Source: an uncultured Clostridia bacterium
Lineage (GTDB): Bacteria > Bacillota > Clostridia > Oscillospirales > Oscillospiraceae
Reading direction: 5' to 3'
Assembly (NCBI GenBank): GCA_947644595.1
Contig: CANSAE010000001.1
Location: forward strand, 233,605 to 257,604
Length of the DNA stretch: 24,000 nucleotides
Shown here: piece by piece, positions 23,647-24,000 of the stretch
Layout: each line of letters begins with the position of its first letter
Position numbering within the stretch: the stretch's first letter is position 1
Translations under genes and position numbers: made by a program
Notes under the pieces: model-generated
Databases searched by the model: none
Seen by the model: the letters and a program-made list of their open reading frames with translations, nothing else
Told to the model about the DNA's origin: nothing

Positions 23647-23964
23647 CTAATTCTGCGGCGAATGGGGGGGATATACAAGATTGCCGTTTGCGTCGAAGGC
23701 GTACCGCTTCGGCCTGCCGCTTCTGTGGTGTTCCTTGTTGTGGCAATCTTGACAAAGGGCCTCCAAGTTATCCCACGAAAGCGCAACCCGCGGATCGTCG
23801 ATATTCTGCCGCGTTAAATATTTCTTGTGGTGTGCTATCTTTGCCACGATCGGATTGTCAGGCGTTGAACAACGTTCGCAAAGATAACCCTTTGACTGCA
23901 AGAACCCTTCCCGGCACGCGCGCCACGCGTCCGAATTATAAAACCTTTCTGCCCACGGTTTCAC
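23647..23964 (-). CDS. HNH endonuclease (packaging-associated)
   Basis: The motifs are CERC...HHKKYL...NLEALCQDCHNKEH. It lies immediately upstream of terS, as in HK97-like cos phages. The start is GTG with GGAGG 8 nt upstream. Confidence 0.9.
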   Translation of the reverse strand: MKPWAERFYNSDAWRACREGFLQSKGYLCERCSTPDNPIVAKIAHHKKYLTRQNIDDPRVALSWDNLEALCQDCHNKEHHRSGRPKRYAFDANGNLVYPPHSPQN

Positions 23965-24000
23965 GCCTGCCGCCTCCTTCCGGGCAAAAGAAAAAGCCCC

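Noticed and set aside
23965-24000. GGGGCTTTTTCTTTTG on the minus strand at the window edge, possibly the 3' half of a terminator upstream of the HNH gene.
   Set aside because: The other arm of any hairpin lies outside the window, so this cannot be evaluated.
1-24000. A search for integrase, att sites, tRNA or rRNA genes, CRISPR arrays, transposases and known defence genes.
   Set aside because: I recognised none. The prophage ends, and whether 1..1081 belongs to the phage or the host, cannot be determined from this window.

Overview
Nearly the whole window is the late (packaging, head, tail, lysis) region of a siphovirus-type prophage or phage. It is transcribed on the minus strand from right to left. 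The gene order is HNH endonuclease, terS, terL, portal, prohead protease, HK97-type major capsid, four head-tail joining genes and major tail protein. These are followed by the tail chaperone G/GT (a -1 frameshift signal not in the ORF track), a 1552-aa tape measure, Dit, a Gp37-like tail protein and a fibre-like protein. A diversity-generating retroelement (DGR) comes next, and then a lysis cassette. Shine-Dalgarno usage and the gene families suggest a fairly GC-rich Firmicute (Clostridia-like) host, but this is inference only. The main result is a complete DGR ordered avd - TR - RT - target. A 101-bp TR/VR pair differs at 12 positions, 11 of them TR adenines. The VR lies in the N-terminal half of the target, not at its C-terminus. 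The second result is two paralogous self-contained cassettes that share a promoter, 5' UTR, 2-TM anchor and terminator but carry different C-terminal domains. One has a HIRAN-like domain and sits at the left end on the plus strand. The other has a Zn-ribbon-like domain and is inserted between the tail chaperone and the tape measure. Most long plus-strand ORFs in the track are antisense shadows. I saw no tRNA, rRNA, CRISPR array, integrase or att site. All family calls rest on motif recognition by eye; no searches were run.
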